Source of the DNA: Acidobacteriota bacterium
GTDB lineage: Bacteria > Acidobacteriota > UBA890 > WLXD01
NCBI GenBank assembly: GCA_965205505.1
Contig: CBDBHB010000007.1
Location: 352,001 to 416,000 of the forward strand
DNA length: 64,000 bases
Direction: 5' to 3'
Numbering within the stretch: the first letter of the stretch is position 1; each line of letters opens with the position of its first letter. The translations under genes were made by a program, and so were the position numbers. The notes below the pieces were generated by a model. It worked only from the letters and a program-made list of their open reading frames with translations, did not search any database and had not been told where the DNA came from. Shown here one piece after another: positions 50,313 through 60,156 of this stretch.

Positions 50313-51158
50313 TTAGAACGTCATCACCACCGAGCCGATGATCAACCGGTCGCTGCGGCCGACGATGTATGGCGCCGGGGGGTTGCCCGGAATGCTATCG
50401 ATGATCAGGACCGGCGGTACGTTGTCGGTGCGCAGGATGCCGCTGATACGCAACGCGAAGAGCTCGCTCATATGCGCGGTGATCGCGGCGCGGCCGTTGA
50501 AACGGTAATCGGTGCTGTGCTGCAGGTTGGTGAGAAACTCACCGCCGACGCTGAACTCGGAGGTGGAGGAAAGCCCCATCTTGATGTCGAGGCCTAGACG
50601 ACCCACCACATAGTTGTCCAGTGGTGCGGAAACCTGAGTCTCACGCGTCAGGCCGACGCCCGCCTCGCCCACGACTGTGGCGCGGGCGTTCTCGATGAAA
50701 CGAACGCCCAGACCCGCGTGGCCCGTCAGCCGGTTGTCGATCCCGGCAGCGCGGTCGCGAAACCAGTCGCCGCCGAGGAACCAGAAGACGTTGCCGACGA
50801 AGTTCTGTCGGTACTTGAGGCCGAACTCGTAGCGCCGCGCCGTCGTCTCGCTGGTCAGGGTTTCGCGCACTGTACCGTTCGGGCGATTCACCAGCTCGCG
50901 TCGCGTGGAGGTCAAGCGGTAGACTTCTCCAAAGACGATGATCTCGGAGTAGTCTCCGTTGATGATGAGCCGGTCGGTGAACGCCAGCGTCGTGCCGGCG
51001 CTGTTTCCGGAGGCACTGACCAATGCGAGCTGTGCCTCGTTCGTCCAAGCCTTACTCGGCGGCGCGACGCCCAAATCTTGGGCCTCTGCCGGTATGGAGA
51101 AGACGAATGCGCCGAGGAGACAGAGCGCTGCTGCACGTTGCCAACGCGAGTCGAACAT
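50313..51158 (-). CDS. DUF481-like outer-membrane beta-barrel
   Basis: Signal peptide, SASGNS, RDRAAGIDNR, C-terminal Phe. Confidence 0.75.
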   Translation of the reverse strand: MFDSRWQRAAALCLLGAFVFSIPAEAQDLGVAPPSKAWTNEAQLALVSASGNSAGTTLAFTDRLIINGDYSEIIVFGEVYRLTSTRRELVNRPNGTVRETLTSETTARRYEFGLKYRQNFVGNVFWFLGGDWFRDRAAGIDNRLTGHAGLGVRFIENARATVVGEAGVGLTRETQVSAPLDNYVVGRLGLDIKMGLSSTSEFSVGGEFLTNLQHSTDYRFNGRAAITAHMSELFALRISGILRTDNVPPVLIIDSIPGNPPAPYIVGRSDRLIIGSVVMTF

Positions 51159-51333
51159 TCCCACCCCGATCTGTCGCGCCACGCCAGCCTGCCCCCGCTG
51201 CTGGCGTCGCAAGTGTATTCGACCGCCCCGTTTCTCCTAATCAGGTTAGTAAGGCGAAGGAGCGCTGTCCAGACGCATACGCTGTCTCCGACGGTGAATC
51301 TTCGCGCGGCGGAGTGCTGCCGTAGGCTTCGCT

Positions 51334-52314
51334 GTGCACTTCCAGCCAGCTGGTAGGGCACCCACCGGTGCCGCAACGAATAGAATCGTCGTCGCACTCG
51401 CGCCGCGTCGAGCGCGTCCTGCGGAGCCTCTTGTCTTGTCGCTTCAGATCGGCACTCTTCTCTGTTTGCTGACCATTCCGTTCGCCGCGGTGAACTCGTT
51501 GCACCATGCGCTGGCCCGCCGTCCGGTGCCCAACCGACGGCGCATTCATGCAGTGAACTTGCTCGTCGCCATCGGCTTCTTCGGGTTGGCCAACGTCGCG
51601 CAGGCCAACCCCGGCAATTCGGGCAGCTCGCTCGTCTTCGCGCGCCTGTGGCTGCCGATCGTCTATTTCTGGTGGGCCTACTCCTGGGCCGGGCACACGC
51701 TGCACCTCTTTCACCCACCGGAGTTCTCTTACGACCGGCCGCTGATCGACCTGGAACAGCGGCTGTTCGGCAATCCCAGCCTGTGGCTGGCGCGCGGCCG
51801 CCCGGCGTGGCTCAACGAGCTGATGCATATCTCCTACTGGCTATACCTGTTCTTTACCCCAGTGCTCGGCATCGCGCTGTACGCGGCAGGCGATTTCCAG
51901 CGCTTCGAGGCCATGGGACTGGCCGTGTGTCTGGGCTACGTGATTTGTTATTCGGCCTATCCCTGGATGCCGCTCTGGGGGCCACGCTGGGCTCTGGTTT
52001 CGGAGGGCCTGCTTCCCGAGGCCGAACGGCTGCTGCCGGGACACCTGATCACCGGTTGGACGAACCGGATCATGTGGAGCTCGACTGCGCACAAAGGGGG
52101 GGCGATGCCCAGCGCCCACAGCTCTACCTGCCTGGTTTTCATGGTTTGGTGTTGGCGGATCTGGGGGGTGAGTGGCGCCCTCGCGGGCGGCGTGATCGGC
52201 GGCCTGATGTTCGTGAGCACGGTGTACGGTCGCTACCACTATGTGGTTGACGTGCTCGCCGGAGTAGCCGTTGGCCTGGTGTCGCTCGGCCTGGCAGATC
52301 TGCTCACGCGATAG
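51334..52314 (+). CDS. Membrane PAP2 (AUR1-like) phosphoesterase
   Basis: YP.MP.WGPR, AMPSAHS, STVYGRYHYVVDVLAG; start uncertain. Confidence 0.85.
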   Translation: MHFQPAGRAPTGAATNRIVVALAPRRARPAEPLVLSLQIGTLLCLLTIPFAAVNSLHHALARRPVPNRRRIHAVNLLVAIGFFGLANVAQANPGNSGSSLVFARLWLPIVYFWWAYSWAGHTLHLFHPPEFSYDRPLIDLEQRLFGNPSLWLARGRPAWLNELMHISYWLYLFFTPVLGIALYAAGDFQRFEAMGLAVCLGYVICYSAYPWMPLWGPRWALVSEGLLPEAERLLPGHLITGWTNRIMWSSTAHKGGAMPSAHSSTCLVFMVWCWRIWGVSGALAGGVIGGLMFVSTVYGRYHYVVDVLAGVAVGLVSLGLADLLTR

Positions 52315-52731
52315 CTACAGCGTCGCGAGCAGCAACAAAAAGAGCGCCGTGTTGATCGCGTGGCTGGTGAAGCACAACGTACAGCGGACACCGAGCACGT
52401 AGATCAGCGAATAAGACAGATACGCAGCCAGCACGACGGTGGCGGCCGCAACGGCCAGGTAGCCGTACACCCACGGTCGTTGCAGGGCGGCGCCGTCCGA
52501 CACACCGATGAGCAGCGCCAGGTAGTACACCTGTCCCAACAACGAGTTGGGCACACCGAATACCCGCGCCTGCGGGGTGAACACCACCAGCGTGCAGGTG
52601 CCCTCGTCGAGTCGACAAAACGGCGGGATCCACTGCGAATCAGGCCGCATCCAGCGGAACGCTACCGCGGTGAAGTAAGTGGAGACCAGCAGGCCAGTCA
52701 GCGCCATTACCAGGAACAGTGATTCGATCAT
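52315..52731 (-). CDS. Vitamin K epoxide reductase (VKOR) family protein
   Basis: CRLDEGTC, FGVPNSLLG, CTLC. Confidence 0.88.
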   Translation of the reverse strand: MIESLFLVMALTGLLVSTYFTAVAFRWMRPDSQWIPPFCRLDEGTCTLVVFTPQARVFGVPNSLLGQVYYLALLIGVSDGAALQRPWVYGYLAVAAATVVLAAYLSYSLIYVLGVRCTLCFTSHAINTALFLLLLATL

Positions 52732-52753
52732 CGCTGCGCTCAGCCTAGTATTG

Positions 52754-53464
52754 ATGAGGACAGAACGTCCCAGCGCAGGGGAGGGTTGCTTGAGATTATC
52801 TACGCCAGACCGTTGGCTACTTGCTGCTACGATCGCAGCGGTCCTGAGCCTCGGATCGTGCGCGCCGGCGCCAACCGGCACGGTCCGGCTGGTTGACGGC
52901 AACACGGTCGAATTTCCGGCTACCGTGCAATCGAGCGCTTTTGCTCAAGGAGACACCGCCGGCTACCACCTCGTGGTATGGCGCGGTGGGCGAGCCACCG
53001 ACCACGCGCTCTTTGTCGCCAGCGTAGGTGACATTCAAGTCATCGACGCTCTCGAGTCGCTCGGCGCCGCGCCCGGCGATGCACTCTCCATCGACACCTG
53101 GGAGCAACGCCACGACACCGAGGCAGCGGCTCCCGATCGAACGATCGAGGGTCCGAGGGTCGAGCTGGAGTTCTTGCTGCCGGGATCCGAGCAGCCACTA
53201 GCGCTCGACGAGTTCCTCGACGATTCCGGAGATCGCGGTTTCGACATGCGCTTCGGCGGCCATCGCGGCAATATCGATGCGTGGCACTCCGGCTGCGTCG
53301 TATGCCTCTATTCGTGCCCGGGCAGCAAAGTAGGCAACGCGCGTTATACGGTGCGCGACTTCGTCGCCGGTGGGCCGCATTTTACGGTGCGCCCGGGCAT
53401 ATTGCCCGCCGACGGAACGGAGGTTACGGTCCGACTACGGTTGGTCGAAGGGGGGGTCTCATGA
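52754..53464 (+). CDS. YdjY-like exported protein
   Basis: Lipobox LGSC; LGAAPGD, RFGG, SGCVVCLYSCP..VGNA. Confidence 0.7.
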   Translation: MRTERPSAGEGCLRLSTPDRWLLAATIAAVLSLGSCAPAPTGTVRLVDGNTVEFPATVQSSAFAQGDTAGYHLVVWRGGRATDHALFVASVGDIQVIDALESLGAAPGDALSIDTWEQRHDTEAAAPDRTIEGPRVELEFLLPGSEQPLALDEFLDDSGDRGFDMRFGGHRGNIDAWHSGCVVCLYSCPGSKVGNARYTVRDFVAGGPHFTVRPGILPADGTEVTVRLRLVEGGVS

Positions 53465-53491
53465 AGGTACTGCCCAGCCTGGCGGTCTACG

Positions 53492-54268
53492 TCAACGTTG
53501 TTGCATCCGATGCACCGCTTGCGCCACGAGCGCACGCGGCGCGCAGCGAACCGACAACGCCATCAGGCGATTCTTGAGCCCGGGTATGAACACCCTGCGC
53601 CCACGCCACAGCGCCGCATAGCCGGCGGCGGCGACCGTTGCCGCATCGGGAACGCCCGCCGGCACCGGAAGTTCGTCGCGCCCATGCAACACGGCGCGAA
53701 ACTCGGTCAGCGTAGGACCGGGGCAGAAAGCACTCACGACGATGCCTGCGTCACGTACCTCCTCGGCGATCGCCTCGCTGAAGTGGAGGACGAAGGCCTT
53801 GGTCGCAAAGTAGACGCTCATCAGTGGCCCGGGCTGGAAAGCCGCCGTCGAAGCCACGTTCATGATCCAGCCCCGGCGACGTTGACGCATCGTCGGTAGG
53901 AACAGGCCGGTAAGTCCGACAAGGGCGCTAACGTTCACCTGGATCATCTCCAGCTGGCGATCGAGATCCGTGTCGGCGAAGCTTCCCGAGCACCCGAACC
54001 CGGCGTTGTTGACAAGGACATCGATCTGCAGGCCGCGTTGCTGAACACTCTCGTGCAACGCCCGCGCCGCGCCAGCCGCGGCCAGGTCCGCGGCGATCAC
54101 AGCCACCTCCACATCATGGGCATCAGACAGCTCGGCAGCCAGCTGCCGGAGCCGGTCCTGGCGCCGTGCGGTGAGCACCAGGTCGTGGCCGTCGGCGGCA
54201 AACAGTTTGGCCAGCTCGAAACCGATGCCGCTGGAGGCGCCGGTAACGAGCGCCGTGATCTTGCCCAT
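53492..54268 (-). CDS. SDR family oxidoreductase (DltE-like)
   Basis: TGASSGIG, NNAGFG, YFATK. Confidence 0.93.
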   Translation of the reverse strand: MGKITALVTGASSGIGFELAKLFAADGHDLVLTARRQDRLRQLAAELSDAHDVEVAVIAADLAAAGAARALHESVQQRGLQIDVLVNNAGFGCSGSFADTDLDRQLEMIQVNVSALVGLTGLFLPTMRQRRRGWIMNVASTAAFQPGPLMSVYFATKAFVLHFSEAIAEEVRDAGIVVSAFCPGPTLTEFRAVLHGRDELPVPAGVPDAATVAAAGYAALWRGRRVFIPGLKNRLMALSVRCAPRALVAQAVHRMQQR

Positions 54269-54392
54269 CGTCGTCTTCTCCCTCGCCGAGGTTGTTCTGG
54301 ACGATCACGCTTCGCTTCGGTTCCGGGATTCCCGCGATCTGCTCGCCTATAATCCGGGCGGGCGCGAGCGTACAAACCCTGGGGAGCTCAGC

Positions 54393-56501
54393 ATGATCCG
54401 ACAACGCCGCATTGCTCTCGTGATCGCGTGCGCGATCACCGCCGTAGTTTCTATCAGCAGCGATGGCAGCGCCCAGTTTGGCACTCGCGCTGTCAGCCTG
54501 ACCGACTACTACGAGCTCGTCGGCGTGAGCAGCCCTGCGATGGCGCCCGACGGAAGCTCGGTGGCGTTCGTTCGAACTGTGGCCGTGGAGGCGGAAAATA
54601 CACGGCGGGCCGAGCTCTGGCTGGCGGATTCACGCGACGTGATCCCGCCCCGGCGACTTGCCAGCGCCGCGTTCGACGCCAGCAATCCGATCTGGAGCCC
54701 CGACGGACGGCTGCTCGCATTCACCTCCGGACGCGGGGTCACGCAGGAGATACCGGGCAGTATCTGGTTCCTCGACTTGCAACAGGGTGGCGAAGCGTTT
54801 CAGATCGAGGGCGTCGAGGGCAGCCCGGTCTTTAGCCCAGACGGACGCTGGATCGCATATACGCGAGCTACACCGCCAACCGGCGAGGCGGCGGCGCGCA
54901 CGTGCTCCGGACGTGGAAGCTATGAACAAGATGCCGAGCTCGAGCAGCTGTTGCGAGATCGCTTCAATGGTCTGATCTACGACTGGCTCCAGTACCGGTT
55001 CGACCGCCGCGGCTACCTCCCCGACCCGGCCGATCCGCTTGCGTCACCGCCGCGCGAGCTGTACCTCGTTCCGCGCGCCGGCGGGCCGCCGCGCCAGCTG
55101 ACCCAGCTGGGCTTCGATGTCGGCGACGTAGCGTGGCACCCGGACAACGAGCGGCTCGTCTTCTCTGCCGACGAGCATCAGCGTGACGAGTTCACCTACC
55201 CGCGGCACGACCTCTGGGCGGTCGATTTCGCCGGCAGTATCGAACGACTCACCGACGACGGATTCGTCAACAGTCGGCCGCGGTGGAGCTCCAACGGTTC
55301 GACGGTGGTCTATCGGGGCGTCGAGGGGCTCGACGCAGTCATCGAAGCAGAGCGCGGCCGCGGAGCACCAACCGACCTGTACGCGCTCGACGTCGCCGGC
55401 GGTGTAGCCCGCAACCTCACGGCGTCTTGGGACCTCCGACCCCGCGCCCATGAAGTGAGTGCCGACGGCACGGTGCGCTTTAGCGGCGGGACCGGCGGCC
55501 AAAACCATCTCTTCTCCGTGCCGGTTGCCGGCGGCGCCATTCGGCAGCTCACGGACGGTCGCCGGTGGCTCGCGGGCGTGAGCTTCGGCGCTGATCCGCG
55601 CACCTTCGCCTACACCTCCACCACGAGCACGTCGCCGGCGGAGCTCTACGTGACGCGGCCAGACAGCGGTGAGACCCAGCTCACCCGGTTCAACCAGCTG
55701 CTGGTCGCGAACACGATGCCAAGGGTCGCCCGCCCGATCGAGTACCCCAGCAACGACGGCACGTTGATCGAAGGTTGGGTCATCCTGCCGCCGGGATATG
55801 CACCGGATGAAGGCCCCTACCCGCTGATCCTGAACATCCATGGCGGGCCGCACGGCGCCTTCGGCGAGCGCTACTCGTTGGAGTTTCAGCTCTGGGCGAA
55901 GGAGGGGTTCGTGGTGCTCTACACGAACCCGCGCGGGTCCAGCGGATATGGCGAGGACTTTCTGTGGGCTACTTGGGGCGGTTGGGGCGGCTTGGACTAC
56001 GAAGACGTGATGTCGGGCGTCGACTACGCGCTGCAGAACTTCGCCATCGACGAGGAGCGTCTGGGGGTGTCCGGCTACTCTTATGGCGGCTTTCTGACCA
56101 ACTGGATCATCACCCAGACCGACCGCTTCGCAGCGGCGATTTCCGGCGCCGGGATCTCCAACTGGCTCAGCGACTATGGAACCGCCGACATTCCGCGCAC
56201 CAAGGAGTCGGAGTTCTACGGACCGCCCTGGAAGCCGCGCAGCGGCGATCTACTGTGGGAGCAATCGCCCATCAAGCACGCCGATGGCATCTCGACTCCG
56301 ACCTTGATCATTCACGGCGAGAGCGACTATCGCGTGCCGATCGAACAGGGTGAGCAGATGTATACGGCGCTACGCAAACAGAGGGTGCCGGCGAGGATGG
56401 TTCGCTATCCCGACTCCTACCACGGTGGCTGGCGTCCCTGGGACATGGTGCACCGGTACTCCGAGGAGCTGACTTGGTGGAACAAGCACCTGGGCAACTA
56501 G
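54393..56501 (+). CDS. S9 family (acylaminoacyl/dipeptidyl) peptidase
   Basis: Signal peptide, propeller, IHGGPH, GYSYGG, DYRVP, H. Confidence 0.93.
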   Translation: MIRQRRIALVIACAITAVVSISSDGSAQFGTRAVSLTDYYELVGVSSPAMAPDGSSVAFVRTVAVEAENTRRAELWLADSRDVIPPRRLASAAFDASNPIWSPDGRLLAFTSGRGVTQEIPGSIWFLDLQQGGEAFQIEGVEGSPVFSPDGRWIAYTRATPPTGEAAARTCSGRGSYEQDAELEQLLRDRFNGLIYDWLQYRFDRRGYLPDPADPLASPPRELYLVPRAGGPPRQLTQLGFDVGDVAWHPDNERLVFSADEHQRDEFTYPRHDLWAVDFAGSIERLTDDGFVNSRPRWSSNGSTVVYRGVEGLDAVIEAERGRGAPTDLYALDVAGGVARNLTASWDLRPRAHEVSADGTVRFSGGTGGQNHLFSVPVAGGAIRQLTDGRRWLAGVSFGADPRTFAYTSTTSTSPAELYVTRPDSGETQLTRFNQLLVANTMPRVARPIEYPSNDGTLIEGWVILPPGYAPDEGPYPLILNIHGGPHGAFGERYSLEFQLWAKEGFVVLYTNPRGSSGYGEDFLWATWGGWGGLDYEDVMSGVDYALQNFAIDEERLGVSGYSYGGFLTNWIITQTDRFAAAISGAGISNWLSDYGTADIPRTKESEFYGPPWKPRSGDLLWEQSPIKHADGISTPTLIIHGESDYRVPIEQGEQMYTALRKQRVPARMVRYPDSYHGGWRPWDMVHRYSEELTWWNKHLGN

Positions 56502-56509
56502 CAGTCCGT

Positions 56510-57454
56510 GTGGCGGTCTCGCTCGCCGTGGCGACGGTGAGCCTCTCGCCGAGCCCCTTCGCTCTTCCAGCCGCTGCGAGCCCGCGACCCACGACGGTCG
56601 TCCAGCCCATTGCCACACTTGGCGGGGCTCCAACGGCTCAGTTGCCACCGCGCCTGCTTACTGACGCCGACGGAGCGCCGCTGCCGTTCGAGTCGGACGC
56701 CGACGTGTTGGAGTTCCTGCGCTCCGCCGAAATTGTCTCGCAGAAACGCTACGACGAGGGCGGGCGGCCGATCGCCTTCAATGACGCCGACGAGTTCGGC
56801 TGCGGAACCTATCTAGTTCGCCTTCGGCTGGGCGCCGTGGAGCTCGATGCGGTCTTCCGCAGCATCGAAGATCGTCTCGGGGTGGCACGCTTCGTGGATG
56901 GGAGCACCGAGGTTCACTTCCGCGACAGCGGCCTTTTCGAGTGCGCCGCGTACGAGCTGAGCACCCTGCTCGGGTTGCACCAGGTGCCGCCGGCGGTGCG
57001 CAGACAGATCGGCCCGGTCGAGGGTAGCCTGCAGATCGTCATCCCGACATCGTTCAACGAGTCGGATCGGGTAACGCGCCGTCTCACCGACCCCTCGTCG
57101 CAACGTTGGAACAAGCAGCTCGCGACGATGTACACGTTCGACGCGCTCATCGCCAATGCCGACCGCAACCGCAGCAACCTGCTGTACGACCCGAGCTGGC
57201 GGGTGTGGCTCACCGATCACTCGCGCGCATTTCGGGTATCCACGCGCCTCGATGAAGCGCCGCTGCAGGCGATCGAGCGTACCTTCTGGACCAGCATGCG
57301 CGCGGTTACAGCGGAGGCGATCAGCGACGCGGTGAGCGACTACCTGAGCGACAGCGAGCTGACCGCGCTTCTCGAGCGTCGCGACCGTCTGGTAGCGCAC
57401 TTCCAGTCGCTGACCGAGCAACGCGGCGAGCAGATGGTGGTGTTCGGCTACTGA
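56510..57454 (+). CDS. Exported atypical kinase-fold protein (paralog of 39347-40291)
   Basis: ECAAYEL..LLGL..VPPAV, GSLQ, FDALIANADRNRSNLL, LTDHSRAF; start uncertain. Confidence 0.7.
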   Translation: MAVSLAVATVSLSPSPFALPAAASPRPTTVVQPIATLGGAPTAQLPPRLLTDADGAPLPFESDADVLEFLRSAEIVSQKRYDEGGRPIAFNDADEFGCGTYLVRLRLGAVELDAVFRSIEDRLGVARFVDGSTEVHFRDSGLFECAAYELSTLLGLHQVPPAVRRQIGPVEGSLQIVIPTSFNESDRVTRRLTDPSSQRWNKQLATMYTFDALIANADRNRSNLLYDPSWRVWLTDHSRAFRVSTRLDEAPLQAIERTFWTSMRAVTAEAISDAVSDYLSDSELTALLERRDRLVAHFQSLTEQRGEQMVVFGY

Positions 57455-57572
57455 CCCGGTTGGGGGGCTAAGAGGTTGCTTGGGGTGCTTTGCTGCCCGG
57501 CCCCGGGGCGTGGATGCGGGGCACGAGAACGAGAGCCCCGATGCTATCCTAGGCGCGCTCGACGGCCAGCTC

Positions 57573-57667
57573 GGAGGGGTAGCGAAGTCCGGCCGTAACG
57601 CGCTCGACTCGAAATCGAGTTGTCGGCGTAAAAACCCGGCACGTGGGTTCGAATCCCACCCCCTCCG
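57573..57667 (+). tRNA. tRNA-Ser(CGA)
   Basis: GGAGGGG/CCCCTCC acceptor, anticodon loop CT-CGA-AA, long variable arm, GGTTCGAATCC. Confidence 0.95.
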
Positions 57668-57953
57668 CTCTCCATTTTCTTTAAGTCGCTGCAATGAAAC
57701 AAGATGCCAATACAGGATCTCGAGGTGCATACAATTACAGCCACAATACCAGACAAGAACGCACGGGTACCAGAGATCCCGTTCGGGAACGGCTGGAGCG
57801 TGGTCATGCCGGACACCAGGCCGCGATGAGAATCCTAGCGACCATCCTGCGGCGGGTTGGTCTCGGCGCTGGCCATCGCGGCTGCCTACGCGCTACCGGC
57901 GCCTACGCAACCTAGAGCACCAGCACCCAGAGCTCACTCGCGGCCTGTGCGAC

Positions 57954-59759
57954 GTGCTGCCCCGGAAGGTGCTGGCGCGGCTGCCGAGCTTTCCGCATCC
58001 GTGGCCGGAGGATCTCGCCGCGGAGCTGACGCCGGAGCTGGTAGCCGAAGCGCTGCTCCAGCTGGTGCCGCACGTCGGCTGCGATACCGCGTCGGCCTCC
58101 AGGTTCTTTCAGACGATCCGCGACAGTCGCGGCCATTGGAACAAGGAAGTGTCCTGGCACCGTGGGCTCGTGATCTTGCCGCCGCTCGCCGCGGCTCACT
58201 GGTTGCACCAGCTGGTGCTCGGCGCGCCGTTGCAGGATGCGCGTGGGCACGTTCGTCATCTGGTGATCGACTACGACGGGCCACGGCACCTCTGCGATCC
58301 GGAGACGCGACACGAAGCGCTGTGCGAGATTCGCACCGCTGGCGTGCCCGTGTGGTTCGCCACGCGGCCGAGTTGCAACCGCGAGCAATCGATGCACGTA
58401 TACGTGCTGCTGGATCAGCCAATGCCGGCGGAGGCGGCGGCCGAGCACGTGCGGCGTCTGTTGCGCGCCAAGCCGGGGGCGCCACCGGGGCAGTGGTACG
58501 AGATCCTGGTGGGTGCTTGTCGTCTGCCGGCCGGTCTTGACGCCGCCCGGCTCGACCCCGCCACCGGTGCCGAGCTTAAGGAATCGCCTAGCGAGCAGCT
58601 GCGCGCGATTCTCCAGCTGCGCGGCAACTGTGACCGGCTCCGGGTGCGCAAGCGTCCAATTCGTGTCCCGGGGATGGTGCAGGACACGCGTGGATCCTTC
58701 GCCGCAGGTCCGGGTGCGGAGACCTGCCTAAATCGGGCACCATCGCCGCTGGAGGCGATCGCAGCCGCAGCCGAGGCACGCGCCGAGCGCTACGAGCTCG
58801 CGGAGGCCGCGGGCGGTGAGCGTCCGCGCTTCGGATCCGTCGGGCCACTACCGTGGGACGAGCCGCGCGAGATCGGACAGCTGCTGCGCTCCGGATCGGT
58901 GGACCCGGGTCGCCGGAACGCACTGGCGCGGGCTGTGGGTCATTACGCACACGCTGCGGGCCTCGACGAGCACCAAGTTCTCGAGGCCTTCGACGCGATC
59001 ACGTTCCAGGGCGCCACGTGGACCGAGCTGCGCGGCTGGCGAGCCGACTGCACGAGATCCTACGGCCGCGGCGCCGAGTTGCTGCGCAACCCCGCCGCGA
59101 CCGAGGCCATGATGCCGATGCCTCACAAGCTCCGCGAGATCGCCACAGCCGCGCTCGAGCAGCTGCCTGACGACGTGCGCTCCCGCCTCGAGGCCGACGC
59201 GGCCGAGATCCCACACCGGGCACTGCGGCGCGCGTTCCTGCGCGCCGTCGGCTATACGCTTGCCCGGTGCCGGCACGGGCGACCTGACGTGCCAGCCTTG
59301 ACGTTGCGCGCGTTGGTCGGTACGCCGCGCTGGTGCGCGCCAGCGATCGACCGCGCCGTGCTCCTCGGCTGGCTCCGGATCGAACGCGAAGCCGATCGCC
59401 TCGAGCACCGCTGCCGGCGCTTTGCACCAGGTCCTCGAGCCAATGCTCCGGCTGCCGAGCCTGCGCGCGGGTGCATCATCGAGTTCCCCATGCAGCACAG
59501 GAGCATCGTCCCGAAGGGGGTACGGACCGACAGGAGTACTCCCTCACGCACGGTCCGCGGTCCGACAGGGGTACTCCCCACGCACGGTCCGACAGGGGTA
59601 CTCTCCACGCACGGTCCGACAGGGGAAACGCTGCCGACACGCCTGCCGGGGACAAAGCGATCGCGGGCCGCCGAGCGCCGCCCGAACAACTGCTGCGACC
59701 GCCTACCGGCGCAGGCGAGTCGAACGGTCGGGACCCCTATCGGGTTCACGAAAAAGTAG
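57954..59759 (+). CDS. AEP primase-type replication protein with PriCT-like domain
   Basis: LVIDYDG, SMHVYVLLDQPMPA, YEI..RLPAG, PGRRNALAR.VG; start uncertain. Confidence 0.6.
   Translation: MLPRKVLARLPSFPHPWPEDLAAELTPELVAEALLQLVPHVGCDTASASRFFQTIRDSRGHWNKEVSWHRGLVILPPLAAAHWLHQLVLGAPLQDARGHVRHLVIDYDGPRHLCDPETRHEALCEIRTAGVPVWFATRPSCNREQSMHVYVLLDQPMPAEAAAEHVRRLLRAKPGAPPGQWYEILVGACRLPAGLDAARLDPATGAELKESPSEQLRAILQLRGNCDRLRVRKRPIRVPGMVQDTRGSFAAGPGAETCLNRAPSPLEAIAAAAEARAERYELAEAAGGERPRFGSVGPLPWDEPREIGQLLRSGSVDPGRRNALARAVGHYAHAAGLDEHQVLEAFDAITFQGATWTELRGWRADCTRSYGRGAELLRNPAATEAMMPMPHKLREIATAALEQLPDDVRSRLEADAAEIPHRALRRAFLRAVGYTLARCRHGRPDVPALTLRALVGTPRWCAPAIDRAVLLGWLRIEREADRLEHRCRRFAPGPRANAPAAEPARGCIIEFPMQHRSIVPKGVRTDRSTPSRTVRGPTGVLPTHGPTGVLSTHGPTGETLPTRLPGTKRSRAAERRPNNCCDRLPAQASRTVGTPIGFTKK
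59522..59625 (+). repeat. About 27-bp tandem repeats (iteron-like)
   Basis: Four copies of CGG(T/A)CCGACAGG(G/A)G; unit acggtccgacaggggtactcYccacgc. Confidence 0.85.
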
Positions 59760-59792
59760 CTGCGCACAATTCGCGCATAAAATGACCGGCAA

Positions 59793-60035
59793 ATGAAAAT
59801 CGAGCCCAAAGTTATCCGCCGCCTACGATGGAACCGCCGCTATCGACGATGGCGCGCCGGAATCCTCCGGAACGAGCCGTTATGCCGTTCCTGCGCTGAA
59901 GCGGGATTTACGGTCGCAGCGGAGCACATCGACCACATCGAGGCCGTCCACCTGGCGCCTGAGCGCTTCTGGGACCGCGAGACAACATCCGGCCGATCTG
60001 CCGGGACGGCCACATCGGCCGCATCACGAACGGTA
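59793..60035 (+). pseudogene. Phage packaging-type HNH endonuclease, frameshifted
   Basis: EPLCRSC..HIDHI..RFWD; the alternate frame from 59981 continues DNIRPICRDGH. Confidence 0.75.
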
Positions 60036-60156
60036 ATCCTCGTCTCGACCGATCAGGCACGCGACGCCGTAGTTTCCGCGCATCTCCCATCGCGGGGGAG
60101 CGCATGAAAGGGGCCAGATTCTCGGTCGTTTCGCCCGCTTCGTCAGATAGGGCAGC

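Noticed and set aside
57480-57953. N-terminal extension of the 759-aa ORF
   Set aside because: Overlaps tRNA-Ser and the att-like spacer; the true start must be downstream.
59522-59625. CRISPR array
   Set aside because: Repeats are tandem with no unique spacers, and no cas genes are present.
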